DNA of 64,000 nt, taken from Carcharhinus longimanus (Eukaryota). The DNA lies in contig JASCQW010000072.1 in NCBI GenBank assembly GCA_030264375.1, forward strand, positions 44,619,265 to 44,683,264, in the 5' to 3' direction. Each line of letters opens with the position of its first letter. The first letter of the stretch is position 1. The notes under the pieces were generated by a model. It made no database searches and had not been told where the DNA came from. It saw only the letters and a program-made list of their open reading frames with translations. This document shows, one piece after another, positions 12,352 through 26,335 of the stretch. The translations under genes were made by a program, and so were the position numbers.

Positions 12352-12672
12352 TAGAATCATAGAATCCTGCAGTGTGGAAGGAGGCCATTCGGCCCATTGA
12401 GTCTGCACAGACCACAACCCTACCCAGGCCCTGTCCCCATAACCTCATGCATTTACCCTCACTAATCCCTCTGACATGACGGAGCAATTTTAGCATGGCC
12501 CGTCCACCTAACCAGCATGTCTTTGGGCTATGGAAGGAAATTGGAGCACCAGGTGGAAACCCACACAGACACCAGGAGAACATGCAAACTCCACACAGAC
12601 AGTGACCCAAGCCAGGAATCGAATCTGGGTCCGAGGCAGCAGTGCTAACCATTGTGCCACTGTACTGCCCTA
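12352..12672 (-). mobile_element. HE1-type V-SINE with CR1-derived tail
   Basis: tRNA head and V core plus tail gactcaatgggccgaatggcctccttc...ctgcaggattctatgattctatg. Confidence 0.85.
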
Positions 12673-12817
12673 ATGTAAAAAGGATAATGCAAAAAGGATA
12701 CTAATAGTTCTTATTGAAGCCTCAGGTGGATAACAAGTTAAATACAGAGCTATCTGTATATTATCCACCGCTGTCATCCGATTATTTATACAAATGGAGC
12801 TGCAAACAACAGACCTT

Positions 12818-14862
12818 AGGCAGATTTTTTTCAAAAAGCAGCCAGAAGTGGAATTTTACAAAAAAAAACTCAAAAGTGCTGAATGAGTGAGATAATGAGA
12901 GTTTCAGCTCACCGGGTAAGCCAGATGCTGAGTCGTAGAGGCACTATTGCGGAGGCATTCTGATCTCCCACCGTATTGGGAGATCCCCTGCCGCCCCTAC
13001 CCTCAGCATGGACGTCGCCCCCCCTCCCCTACGCCTCCCAGGAACATTGAGAACCCCTTCCCCCCACGGATCACCCTGCAGAGTTCCCTCCCTTCCCTGA
13101 TCGTGGATCGCCCCCGCCCCCGCCCCGCAGGCTCCCCTCCACAATCACAGATGTGTTCCCTCTCTCCTGCGTCATGGATCACCCTCCCCTCTGCAGAGTT
13201 GCCTCCCTTCCTCATGGATCACAGAACACCTCCCCTCCAGAGTTCCCTCTGTCCCCACCGTCCCCACCCCAACAGAGTTCTCTTCCTTCCCCCTGACAGA
13301 GTTCCCTCCCTCCCACCCCTGCTGAGCTCCCTGCTCCCTGCTCATCTCTCGTCTGCAATGACTCTGTCCTCTGGCTCTGCATCACTCTGGCTTTGCCCCA
13401 CTCTGACTCCAGCCCTTGACACTGCCACTGGCACAGTTATGGTGCCCAGTGAGCAGTGCCAGGATGCCTTGTGGGTAGTGCCAGGGTGCCCAGTTGGCAG
13501 TGCCACAGTGCCTAGCAGGAAGTGTCAAGCTGGCACTGCCCGGTGGACACTGACCAGCCCTGTCCCCAACCACCTGGTGGCTTCAATGGTCTCTGTTGGT
13601 GGGAACCGTATGTGATTCTCATTGGGGAGAATCTGAGCTGGTGAAGTAATTTATAAACGGGAGCCTGGACAATAGTGTCTAGGACTTATTAATGACATCC
13701 AACATGTCAAGGCACAAAGCCAATTTCCCTGGCAAAACGGAACCGATAAAGTTGGGGGACGTGAAAAACAAGGTGCAAAACTGAATTTTCGCTTCATGTC
13801 TGATTTTACTACCTCGCTTCACCGAATGTCAGGTAGAATGAGATTGTAGAATTGCAGCTTAAGTATCATTTCAGACGAGAAGACGGCGTGATCCATGTCA
13901 GTATGTCATGTGTGAATCAGATCACAATCAACCACTCTCAGTGCACTGAAAGAATGCCCATGTGAAACATGCCGGTATGGAGTCTCCAGACATGTGACTC
14001 ACCCGAACTGACCAGCAGCTGTGCACTGTTAACAAGGGGGTGCTGCGTTTAAATACTTCCTCTGTACCCACAACCAGTCACACCAGAAGGATGATAGCAT
14101 AGAGAGCAGCTCCACACTTCATGGAGGCAGACCTGACAAGGCTGCTGGACATAGTGGAGGAGAAGACGGCCATCCAGATGTCTATCCCAATGCCTCTCTC
14201 TGAGTGATATACAGCCAGCCCCTGGTGTTGGCACATTTCAGTCATGAGAGTCCCTCCTACCCAGATACGGATCCCTGGGACCTTTGGTTATTGGCAGCAG
14301 CATGTGGCAGATTGGGCAGAGCTCTGTGGCACTCATAGATAATCAGGGTGCTTGTGAGAAGGCCCTCATTGGGGAACACTTGCAGTATGATTTCTGGGTA
14401 CAGTCACTTGGAAGTCTGATGCAAACTANNNNNNNNNNNNNNNNNNNNNNNNNNNNNNNNAAAGAACCCACCTAACTGCCATGCAATTGGACATTATAGT
14501 GTTCATTGTAGAAAGCACTTCAGGCTTCGTGGAGTGTGAAGAGTTGTGCTGTGCTGAGCTGGCGGGAACATTCCGGGCGGGGGTGGGAGGGGGGGCGTTG
14601 ATCACGAGCCAAACTCTCTAATGAATTTGAAATCAAGTCAATCTCACAATAATCAGCCTGACACCCTTTTCTGAGACCGACCCCGATTGCACCAGCAAAA
14701 ATGAACTGAGAAGATTGCAAACTGTTTGAGGCCAGGCACAAAACCCGTCTTTGAGCCCGCACGCAATTTTCCCAGATTATTATGATCTGCGCCAGGTACA
14801 ATGCAGCTGGAAAATTGCGGCTCGCATCTTTGCTTTCTCAAATAAAAATTGCAATCTCGCCC
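12818..14862. mobile_element. Non-autonomous Harbinger-derived composite with C-rich internal repeats
   Basis: GGC(G)AGATT-type termini, internal cagagttccctccc repeats (13040-13330), and a Myb start remnant RAAPHFMEADLTRLLDIVEEK at about 14103-14170 (+). Confidence 0.55.
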
Positions 14863-15593
14863 TTTACTATTAATGCCATCCTATTAGAGATTTGCTCAGT
14901 CATAACATATACGCTTGATTAAGAGAGTAAAGGATTATAAAACGGTTGTCATGGAGCCAGACAATGTTAAAATTCAAACTATGTTGATCTGTTGTAAACT
15001 TGGTTGAATGATTTAATTCTTGATATTAGTTGACAGGCTTAATGGATTTGGACAGTCACTAATTGAGAGCATGGAACATCAAGCGCATAATAGAGTAAGA
15101 AATTGCTTATTGTAAGGAGCTGATCTAACTGACACATTGTTTCAATTCCAGTTTCCAAGTTTTAAGTTAAGGTGGAAACCTGGGACAGTTGGCAATCTAC
15201 ATAATAAAGATGACCCAAAAACACCACTACCACTGTATCAAAATGACATATTGGTGATTATTTGCTCATATTACTCTGCCAGCGTCAATAAAATGAATCA
15301 TAAAATATTCACATATATTTTGATTTCCCAAAAACTGATTATTTATCTCTTGGGGGCAGATCTCCTCTGAATGTCCACAAGGAACTGAGTGAAAGCTCAA
15401 ACTGAACCTTACCCGAGTTTCTCGTAATCCTGGCTGCGACATACTAAGCACATCCTGTGGTCACTTTAGTGATTAAATTACAATGCTTTCTACTGTTTGT
15501 TCTAAATTATGAAATGGTTAATAACATGCTGAGCTTCAAATCTATTTGAAGTTGTGATCCAATGGAGAAACAAATATAAAACTACTTCATCCC

Positions 15594-15890
15594 TGGTGGC
15601 ACGGTGACACAGTGGTTAGCACTGCTGCCTCACAGCAACAGGAAACCGGGTTTGATTCCCAGCTCGGATCACTCTCTGTGTAGCGTCTGCATGTTCACCC
15701 TTTATCTGTATGGGTTTCCTTCAGGTGCTCTGGTTTTCTTCCACAATCCAAAGACGTAATGGTTAGGCGAATTGGCCATGCTAAATTCTCCCTCAGTGTA
15801 CCCAAACAGGTGCTGGAGCATGGCGACTCGGGGATTTTCACAATAACGGCGTGAATGTAAGCCTACTTGTGACTAATAAATAAACTTTAA
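15594..15890 (+). mobile_element. V-SINE
   Basis: ggtggcacggtgacacagtggttagcactgctgcctcacag head and V core, same tail as the 8085 copy. Further copies at 32750-32900, 39810-40055 and 58674-58985. Confidence 0.85.
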
Positions 15891-16599
15891 AACAATCACA
15901 GGTGGCTGAAATGAGGTAAGAAGCCAAAACTCTATCTGTAGCAGTTTCCGACCTCAATCAGGTCATGGTGTCAGGATGAGGTATCAAGACTTCATCATGG
16001 GGTGGAGTGGGGAGTTTTAGAGGTTGTAGTCACTTGTTGTTGAAGGCTATGAAGATTCTAGAGAATGGATCATATCTTGAGACCAAAAGGCAGGGAAATT
16101 ATTGCAGCTTTTTGATCATTTGTATTGTGAACTTTATGAGCAATAGTCTTTACAATATCTTGTCATTAAATAAAATAAAAAAAAGCAACACAACCTGCAA
16201 CACTTTATTTCTTACAAAAGAGAGCATTTACTATTATAACTTCTTAAAAATATATTGTGATAAGTTATAAAAACTTCTGTTCAAAACAACAACATAAATT
16301 TATATGTTGCTGATTCAGGTTTTTAAACATTTATTCTGATGGCTTAGCACTTTCTTTAGCCACCAGCTTTATACTGTAGTTAGAACATAGAACATAGAGC
16401 ATTTCAGCACAGTAGAGGCCCTTCGCCCTCAATGTTGCGCCAACCAGTGGAACCAATCTAATGACCCTCTAACCTAAACTATTCCAATGTTATCCATATG
16501 CNNNNNNNNNNNNNNNNNNNNNNNNNNNNNNNNNNNNNNNNNNNNNNNNNNNNNNNNNNNNNNNNNNNNNNNNNNNNNNNNNNNNNNNNNNNNNNNNNN

Positions 16600-16945
16600 N
16601 NTTAACTATGGAATCCCCAATCACTAATCCTGTTCTTTTCTTCCCCCTTCCCACCTGAGCATCAGGGACAGGCTCTACTCCTGAGACCTGTACCCCATGG
16701 CTTACCCCCGTTGAGTCTTCCTCCCCAACAGCATCCAAAACAGAGTACTTATTTTGGAGAGGAACAGCCTCAAGGGATTGCTGCTCTGACTGCTTCTTTC
16801 CCCTTCTAGCAGTCACCCACGTATCACTTTTAGGAGTAAACATCTCCCTGTAGCTTTTGTCAATAGCTGCCTCTGTTTCCCAAATGATTCTTAGTTCCTC
16901 TAGTTCCAGCTCCAGGTCCTAACACGGTCCTCAAGGAACTGAAAA
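16600..16945 (-). pseudogene. CR1 LINE ORF1 remnant (SGNH esterase-type)
   Basis: WVTARRGKK...VPLQNKYSVLDAV...GLVIGDSIV. A CR1 3' tail lies across the gap at 16382-16500. Confidence 0.85.
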
Positions 16946-19039
16946 CATTCAACATTCAAACTAAAAGCATCCTGAGGGCTGGAAAATACTGCTGTAAAGT
17001 ATTGTGTAATATACTGCCTTGTGGGATTTATCTTTAACCCAGTTTAGTCAGTCAGGATAAAGATGTCTCTCTCTGACAGGAATTGGTGATCATAAAAAAA
17101 TTGTAATCCAGTAAACAGAAATGCAAAGGACAATCATGCTCTGAAAATGTATCCACTCTGAATATTTTTCAAAAGGTACTTCGACAGGCAACAATAATTT
17201 AGATCCACATGGTGCATTTATTGGTAAAGCATTGCAAGGCATTTCACAGGAGTGTTGGCAACACAACTTGACACTGAGTCACATCAGGGGACATTAGGGC
17301 AGATTACCTAAAGCTTTGTCAAAGCAATAGGCTTTAAGAATTAACTCAAAAGATGAGATAGACGGTGAGACAGCAAGGCAGCGATCTTCATGAAGACATC
17401 AAGACCCCCAGGCATCTGCAGGCACAACTGCCAATGGTGAAGCAATGGAAATCGGGGATGTGCAAGATTATTCTCCAAACTTTTTCTGCAGAGAGCTATT
17501 AAATTGATTAAATTAATGGACCTTCAAGTATACACGTGTCAACCCAACTCCAATCAGAAGTCCTAGATATTATTTATTGAAAGGGACTATAACTTAAGAG
17601 ACAATGCTGAATATGTTATCAGCATACTGCATTCATGACAAAGGGTCAATTCATAACTTGCAACCTTTAAAAAAGTTACAAACAATAATCACAGTTCAAA
17701 CATGGCACGAAAATGTTCTGCATACAGAAGTGTTAAAAATGTGGTTTTGTCTAACAGATTATCAACCAAAGCGAAATAACTTTAATTGATTTTTAAAAGT
17801 ATTCAAAATGCACCAAACTTAACTGAATTATCTGTCTTATTTGAAAAAAAGAAATCAAACTATTCCAAAATTTGGAAGGAAGAATCACTCCAGTGAGTCA
17901 GAGTTAACTTCACACTGAAGAGATTCCCATAAGTTTCAGTGACCCATGGAACAGCAAGAGGATTCCAAGGAGCTGTGATAGTGAGTAAACCCGAGTTAGG
18001 CTAGTGAAGCTGGCTGGGGAGGAGAAACTGGCCGTAACTTCCTCGGAGCGATACTCAGCTTCACATTGCCACTCCATTCGCAATTAATTGGGTGAGACAG
18101 ACCTTCTGACTCAGATCGGGCAAGATCCAGGCAGCTCGTCCCTGAATCCCAGCATCAAAATTCAGGAGAGTGGAAGCGAAGAAGGACATGCCCCTTTTAT
18201 TATGGCACCAGTTGTCTATAAACCAAGTAAAGGAAAAGGCCATTAAAAGATGTGCAGGTCAGATTGATTGGCCATGATAAATTGCGCCTTAGTGTCAGTG
18301 GGGGTTAATGGTAAATACATTGGGTTAGGGGATAAGACCTGGGTGAGATTGATTTGTGCAGTCTCGATGGGCTGAATAGCCTCCTTCTGCACTTAGGGAT
18401 TCTATGATTTTACGAAATCTAAAGGTTCTTAAGGTCAGGGAGGAGGTAAATGTCTATGGTAAGTAGATTGGCTTTGGGGAATGGGAGGGATTGGAAGTTC
18501 AGGAGAGAGGGGGAATGGAGGTCCAAACTGGGGGCTGGAGGATGTAAAGTGGACCTCAGAGAGGGGGTAGGGTTTCAGGTCCTCATGAGGGACTCGCAGT
18601 TTTACACTCACAATGTAAAATCCAAAGCATTTTCAGTGGCCTACCAAGAGAGATCTCCCTATTGAATGCCACCTTAAAAATCAGAATTAATGAAGCTGGA
18701 TGTTCATTGCTAAAACTTCGACCCAGGTGATTGAGGTATCTATTCATGTATGCGAGGTAAACAAATAATCTTCAGTTTTTTTATTGAAGTGGTATTTGGA
18801 GGATTTTTGATACTTGAAAAGGGAGGAAAATGCAGGGTTATGGGGAAAAGGACAGGACAGTGTAACTAATTGGAAAGGCAAATTGTGTGTGTGTGTGTGT
18901 GTGCGCGCGCGCGTGTATAAATATATGTATATCTCATAAGTGAACTATACATTTCTAATTGTAATGATTTCTCTCTCATTTGAATACAATGTGCCATACA
19001 GAATAATGTACAAGGCTATCAATGTACCTGCAACATTCC

Positions 19040-19710
19040 AATCTACAAATAATGACCATAACTCCCTCCTAGCTACAAATAATTACCACAGCTCATCCCC
19101 CACTCTACAGATAATCACATAAGGAACACAGCTCTCTCTCTCTACAAGTAATGACCGCAGCTCACCATCACTTTACAAATAATGACCACAGCTCTCTTGT
19201 CCATCTACAAATAATGACCACAATTTTCCCTCTCTACAATAATGACCACAACTCCCATCCTCTACAAATAATGACCATAGCTCACCATCAGTCTACAAAT
19301 AATGACCACAGCTCTCTCCCAAGCAACAAGTAATGACACAGGTCTGTCCCATGCTACAAATAATGACCACAATTCTCCCCCCTAAAAATAATGACCACAG
19401 CTCACCCCCATTCTACAAATAATGACCACAGCTCTCCCCCCTCTACAAAAAGCTCTCTCCCATGCTACAAATAATGACCACAACTCCCACCCTCTACAAA
19501 TAATGACCACAGCTCACTATCACTCTACAAGTAATGATCACAATTCTCCCCCATCTACAAATAATGACCACAGCTCACTCCAATTCTACAAATAATGACC
19601 CCAGCTCTCTCTCCCTTTCTAAATAATGACCACAGCTCACCACTCTACAAATAATGATCACAGTTCATCACAACGCTGCAATTAGTGACCACAGCTCACC
19701 CAGTCTACAA
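19040..19710. repeat. Minisatellite, about 32-33-bp unit ctacaaataatgaccacagctc(t/a)cccc
   Basis: Roughly 20 tandem imperfect copies. Degenerate copies again at 20270-20660. Confidence 0.95.
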
Positions 19711-22179
19711 TGGAACTCATCCCTCCAAATTCCCTCCAATGGATTGCAAGTGAAGTAGTATTATTGTAAATATTCACTCTGGCCTGACTCTCATTTGAGA
19801 ATTACACTTAAAAATTTATGAGTGTGAACTGATTGTCTATATCGCTCTGGTGCAAAAATTGCTAAGACATTGCACAGTGGGCATTTATGATCCACTTTTA
19901 AGATTTTAAATGCTTTCTTCCCTGCTAAGTAATATGCTGGGATTAGATAACAGTATATTTAGTCCTCAATCTGTTCTCCATGACAACTACACCAACAAGC
20001 AATGTGGAAGAAGGAATCAGAATGAAGTAATCTTTTTTTAATCATACCCCGACATCTTCTGCCACATTAATAATAAAACTGAGACTCCATATTAGAGATT
20101 CCATTTAATCCTTGGCTAAGCTGCAAACTAAGGACAAAATGAAATGAAAAAGCACATGTTGGGAAGATGAATTAGTCTGGTCGCTATGTGAGGAACAATT
20201 ATAAACATTGTAATTTTAAATCACTAACAATACAACTAAAAATAAGGCTCAGCTTCCCCATTCCCACTCTGCCAGACTGCCTCCTTAAATAATGATCACA
20301 ACTCTGCAAAATTTATGAATAATGACCACAGTTCACCCCTCTACGAATAATGAATATAGAGTGCCCTCTCTGTAAGTTTACACTATGGTATTCCGCGATC
20401 GACATTAATTTTTATAAATCTCCCCTCCCCATCACCCCACTCCAATCTGCAATTAATGATAATTCTTCTCTCTCCTCAATAACTAATGGGCAATCTGTTC
20501 TTTTCCAATACCACCCCTCTTCCCCCCACTGCCCATCCCACACCAGAAATAATAATCATAATCCTCCGCACCATGGCTCTCCTCACTACAGTTTATCTCC
20601 CACAACTACCACAATTAATGATCAGAACTGCCACAACCCCTTGCCCTATACAGACCATTAACCTGATTAACACTTCTTCTCTCCAAATATACTGCCTGAC
20701 CTGCTAAGTATTATCAGCCTTCTATGTTTTTATTTCGTATTTCCAGCATCTGCAGCATTTTGCTTTTTGCCACCAATAAAAGATCATCTGATCATTTTCA
20801 CATTGCTGCTTGCTGCATACAAGATGTCTGCTACAAAGCGCTTAATTTACTGTTAAACACTATGGGATGTCCCATTGTTGTGAAAAGGAAACAAACTGTT
20901 CTTTATTCAAAGAGAAGCAATAGTTTTCCCAGCAACTTGACTAACATCTTTCAATCAATACCAAATACAAATGATCTGGCCAGTTATTTCATTGCTTTTT
21001 GTAGAACCATGCTGTGCACAAATTAGCTGCCACACTTCCCACCACTTTTAAAAAATGCTTCATTATCCAAAGTGCACTTTGAGACATGATCAGGTGATGA
21101 AAGCTACTATTTAAATGCAAGTCTTTCTATAATAGTTTTAAACACCATTAAAAAAGAACTTCTTTACTCCAAAAATTGCCAAGGGCTTGGAATTTAATGT
21201 TAAAGCAGTTTTTTTCTCAAATTCGCTCTTGGGTACTGGGCATCGCTGGCATGGCCAACATTTATTGCCCATCTCTAACTGCCCTGGCTATTTGGCCAAG
21301 TGGCCAATGGCCTAAGAAACTTGGTCCACAGAATTGGAGTGTCTAAATTAAATAGCAATCAGTGGCATCCACAGCCAGGCCTGTTGGGAATTTGGACAGG
21401 CCAAGTCTGACATAGGTCAGAGATGAGCAAGGGCAAACCTGGTCTTGCTCTGGTGCTGAAACTGGAGGTGCCCAGCTCTGATCAAATAAGGAAAGTATTT
21501 ATATATTGACCAATTTTGGTCAGATTCTCTGGCACCTTGGATTCCTGTCATTACCTTATATGGAAAGGGCTATATGCACCATGCCCCTGAAGATGGGCAC
21601 CTAGGGCAGCCCTGGTATCTTCCATATGTGGAATAAGCAATCCCATTGGGTGTCACAAACCTCATCTGGAAACCTCATTGGCTGGAAGCCAGAGAATCTT
21701 CCAGAAGGGTGCAAAGAGGGAATAAGAGATCACTCCATAGCGAAGACTTGAATCAATCCATAGTGAAGACAGAAAATACACATTCTCAAAGAAGACCCTG
21801 AGTTCAAGAAATGACATTGGACCCAACAGCTCAGTCAAGTTCATCAACATGGGTGGCATCAGAAATCTCAGATAGCAGAAAGTATTAACTTATTGCGGCA
21901 ATTGAGAGTTATTTTCACATTGACTTTAGAAAGATTGGATAATAAAGGTGGTTTAACCATGAATCGACTATTGTCCAATGTTTGTCATGAGTAAGAGAAC
22001 CTGGGTAAACAAGTTTAAGTACAAACTGATCAAAGTGTCTAATTTCCAGACAATGCTATAAAAGTAGAAACATTGGGATGCCCTGATAAAGCTGGATGTT
22101 ACACTGGGAGAGTTGAATCAGAGATGGATGCAATGGTGTTTTTTTTTGGTATATTCTTCATTTTTATTGACATATGAGG

Positions 22180-22597
22180 ATTCTGGGTTTGTACTCAATG
22201 GAGGTTGGAGGGATGAGGGGGGAATCTCATTGAAATTCACAGAATACTGAAAGACCTGGATAGAACGGACGTGGGGAAAATGTTTCCATTAGTAGGAGAG
22301 ATTAGGATCCAAGGGCACAGCCTCAGAATAAAGAGACGACCCTTTAGGACCAAAATGAGGAGGAATTTCTTCAGCCAGAAGGTGATGAATCATGATGAAT
22401 CTATGGAATACATTGCCACAAAAGGCTGTGGAGGCCAGGTCATTGAGTGTATGTAAGTTCTTGATTGGTAAGGGGATGAAAGGTTAGGGGAAAAGGCAGA
22501 GAATGGGGTTGAGAAATCTGTCAGCCAAGATTGAATGGTGAAGCAGGATCGATGGGTTGAATGGACTAATTCTGCTCTTATATCTTCTGATCTTATG
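22180..22597 (+). mobile_element. CR1-type LINE 3' end
   Basis: KMFPLVGEIRIQGHSLRIKRRPFRTKMRRNFFSQKVMN and 3' UTR. Confidence 0.9.
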
Positions 22598-24469
22598 GAA
22601 GTTGCAATGACAAAAAAGACCAAGGACTATCTTGTAACACCTTAATAATCATATGATGCAGTCAGAATGGATTTTGGACTGATCACATCAAGTAATCTCT
22701 ATTAATCAGATCAACATAGACCCAGACATGAGAAGAACCCTCAGTGAGGGAAAGCTTTGGGAATCACTGCTCCAAAGTCACTTGTTCTTCCTCAATACGT
22801 TACCCTTTACCCCATATCACGTCTTGCTTATACACGGTATCTCAATATGTTTATGCTAGGTCTATATATCAAAAGATTTCTGATGGTTCGTTTTCCTGTT
22901 GAAAACGAAATTGGGAAATCACCTTTATATTAACATTCCCATCGGTTATGTTCCAGAACTGTGAAAATGTAGCAATCAGATGCTATTCCTTTCCATTTCC
23001 ACCAGAGGATGCTCTCTGGGTCTCTCCTCCAGGCACCGAACACCAACACCCTACAAAAGTTTGGATGAAATACTTCTGAAATAAATCGTGAAGTTTATCT
23101 AAAATTTCGCCCAAATCTCAAAGTTATTTATTGATTAAAATTATAAAACTTCATTTGAAAGATATATCAGTTAACATATTTATCCTTGTTATTAATGAAA
23201 CGAATGTGTCCTTTAATCACTATTGTTTTTCTTCCAAAGTTGACATAACACTTTAGTTGGTCCCTCGTCATGCAACTCCCTTATGTTTCGTTTTCAGTCG
23301 TTTTAGAGTTTCCACTGCCCCACCGCCCCCCTCCNNNNNNNNNNNNNNNNNNNNNNNNNNNNNNNNNNNNNNNNNNNNNNNNNNNNNNNNNNCCTTAGGT
23401 TTCGTTTTCATTCGTTTGAGAGTTTCCACTGCCCCACCGCCCCGCTCCCCCGTCTCCCCTCCCCCTCCCCCTCCCCCTCCAAGCGCTGCTGGATTTGAAA
23501 TCTGACCGTATAACATCTCTTGGAGCGGAGAGATCTCACATCACCGGTCAGTCCCGCCAGCGACCAATTCGAAACAAGGTAAATATGAATGTCAGACAGG
23601 AGGGGATCCATCCAGCACGTTTCAAAGCCTAAAGCAACAACCTGATGCACATTTTAAAAATATCATACCTTTCTTCAGCAAATCGATTGTTGTGCTTAGA
23701 AATACTTGGAAGGTAATTAGACAGGGTGAGAAGGTGATTACTTTGCAATTAACTGTGAATAAAAACTTATCTTTTTACAAATTAGATTTCAACAAATAAA
23801 ATGCACACAATTGACGATTTCGGCAGTTTTGTTTTAAGTTGCCAACGCAAACTGGAGAAATTAGAGCTCTGTTTGTACATTCAGTTCATTAAATATCACC
23901 CGGACTTGGTTACCTAGCATTTAAATAGATGGTTTAAAAAATACACACACACAAAATCGTGTCTGAAATATATTACTGGTTTCTGGGCTGTAAGATGATA
24001 TTTAATGAGATAAATTCATCTTTTAAAACAAATCTCAGCATCGAATTGCCTTTCACTATGTTACCAAGAACCATCATCTCTTCAGTGCCTGCTTGATTGA
24101 TTACATACACTCGTCAACCTTTCCCCCGTCTGGGCCCGAATCGTGGGCCACCCATCCATCCTGCCAGGAATGGGAAAAGTGGGGCGCATTGAGAATTCCC
24201 GCTCATTTTTAGTCTCTTATTTTCCCAGTGCAATGCAGACCACCTTGGAGAGCTGTTGACCATTGGAAAGAAGTGGGATGTGTGAAAGTCTTCAAAATCC
24301 TTTAAACTACGGAGCAAAAATAATAAAACCATAATGACTATTTCTACAATAGTGAAGTCTGTGTTTATTTCCAACAGTTTCCTTTCCGCATCTCTCAAAG
24401 TGATTCCTTGGGCGCCCCCCTCCAAAAAAAGCGGTTTAATTTTCATGTTTGTCTCCCTCCCTCTCTGGT

Positions 24470-24830
24470 AGTAAATAATAAGTGGGTAAGAACCTGATGT
24501 GGATTGCGGGGGGAGCCGAATTAGGGTCAGCTTCTGAGTTTCCTCGCCCAGGTTTCAGTGACGGCGGCGTCTGAGCTTCTTTCGCAACACGGGCCCTTGG
24601 AGTTAATGAGCCCCTCTGCCTCTGGATGAAGAGCACTGAGTGAGTAGCACGAATTACATTGGAGTTGGAAATGGCGAGCCGCTGTTATAATGACACTCCC
24701 GACAGTTCCAGCCTCGGCGATAATTAGCCACCGAATACCATTCTCACTCCCAGATTACAGAATCACAGGAAGGACCCGATTCTTAATGGGAGAATGAATA
24801 GTCACTGCCGACTCACCGCTACAGCGCAGT
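24470..24830. promoter_or_regulatory. Candidate conserved enhancer 3' of FEZF1
   Basis: Non-repetitive, CpG-rich, no ORF, several TAAT/ATTA homeobox cores (gaattag, ttaatga, gaattac, ataattag). Inference only. Confidence 0.4.
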
Positions 24831-25309
24831 ACCCCTACCCCCATTTATATGGAAAGTGAATATAGAAATCCACAATTAACTTTCTACCGAATGCGTTAAG
24901 TCTATAGGCCGCCCGTTTCTTTATTTAATTCATTTATTACCACCTTCATAGACAAAATACTGCCGAGTTGGTATAAGAAACAAAAACAGAAAATGCTGGA
25001 AAATTTCAGACCTGCTGGAATTTTCCAACATTTTCTGTTTTTATTACTACTTTTATTCAACATTGGCAATTTTTGAACTGAATTTGATTTTACTTAAATC
25101 GACATCTTTGAGCTGTCTAACACGTGGAGAGGNNNNNNNNNNNNNNNNNNNNNNNNNNNNNNNNNNNNNNNNNNNNNNNNNNAGATATTTTATCTCTATT
25201 TTTCAAAGGCACTGAAACGACTTTATCCTTTTCAACTCCTACATTGTCGCGCGTTTTTGAAGATTCGAACTTCTCGTTATTGGGTTGAATCGAAATATGG
25301 AAGAGCCTC

Positions 25310-25580
25310 ATCTACCAGATTGACTCTTTGTTTCCCCCTTCCTTTTGGGGGAGCTGCCCCTTTTAGTTTGTCCCTAAGTTAATTTGAGTTAGTTTTGCTC
25401 GTTTGGCTAACAAGAGCTACCAGATTGACCCGTTGTTCCCCCTTCCTTTTGGGGAGCTGCCCCTTTTAATTTGTCCCTATGTTAATTTGAGTTAGTTTAT
25501 TAAATTGGTACCTTAAAAGAGCTACCAGATTGACCCGTCTATGGAGCGTGGACAACGTTACAGACACAAAATACCCTGTA
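25310..25580 (+). repeat. Tandem about 105-bp repeat, also dispersed (42930-43110); probable retroelement 3' end
   Basis: ctaccagattgac...ccccttccttttggggagctgcccctttta.tttgtccct..gttaatttgagttagttt occurs twice plus a partial copy. The same motif occurs at 43020-43080. Confidence 0.7.
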
Positions 25581-26169
25581 ACTCTCACTGATATTGGTTC
25601 GTTGAGGTGACAGGGTCGCTGAAATAGGCCATTCGGCTCATCGCGCCGGTGCCAGCCTTTTGATAGAGCCAAGGAATTGGTCCACTGGCCAGCAATTCCC
25701 TCCGAGATGGCCATCATTGCGAAGATGTTGTATACGCGACGCTATTCTAGATTTTTGCACGAGAGGAAATTTCAGGAGAAACTTTGGCATTAAGACAGAT
25801 GATGAATATGAGAATAAAAGTGTCTACATAACCGGGGTGTAAATACTGTAATGATTGTTAACAGCCTGACTTTTATTTCCCGTGTGTGAGAGAGCAAAGG
25901 AGCCGGTTTACAGATTACACCGGTTTCTAACCCGTCGAATTGAGTTTCACATAACTCGCCTATATGTGTTCTTCCGTCAAATTGGATAACTGGTTAAAAT
26001 GCTCCTGATTCGCCTTAATAAATGCATGAATTTACAATAAATTATTTCTCCCCTCCCACCAAAAGAAAATTGCTTTCTGAAATGTTGTCTTCATGAGCTG
26101 CTTGTCGTGCTAATTTGAGTTGACGTCGTTTCTTCGTCAATTCATGCCTGTTCACTCGAATGTGTTTTT

Positions 26170-26335
26170 TTTCCAGAGGACTCAGTAATTGCTGATCATT
26201 ATACCTTCAAATCAGCCGCGTGTAGCCCACACTTTATTCATTAAACTCCCCTTAATTAATGTCATAACAGTTTGCATTTTAATAGGCCGATATTGACAGC
26301 AAGCTGCAATTAATTTTTAGATAGAGATAAAAAGA
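26170..26335. promoter_or_regulatory. Candidate homeodomain-site cluster/enhancer 3' of FEZF1
   Basis: Dense TAAT motifs: agtaattg, attcattaaa, ttaattaatg, ttaatag, caattaatt. Confidence 0.35.

Noticed and set aside
12947-13615. 222-aa proline-rich ORF
   Set aside because: Translation of C-rich repeats inside a non-autonomous transposon.
19040-19710. Constant-plus-variable repeat superficially like a CRISPR array
   Set aside because: The variable parts are short, related C-rich linkers. This is a eukaryotic context with no cas genes; it is a minisatellite.
23275-23450. About 55-bp direct duplication flanking an N gap
   Set aside because: May be a scaffolding overlap artefact; cannot be judged without reads.
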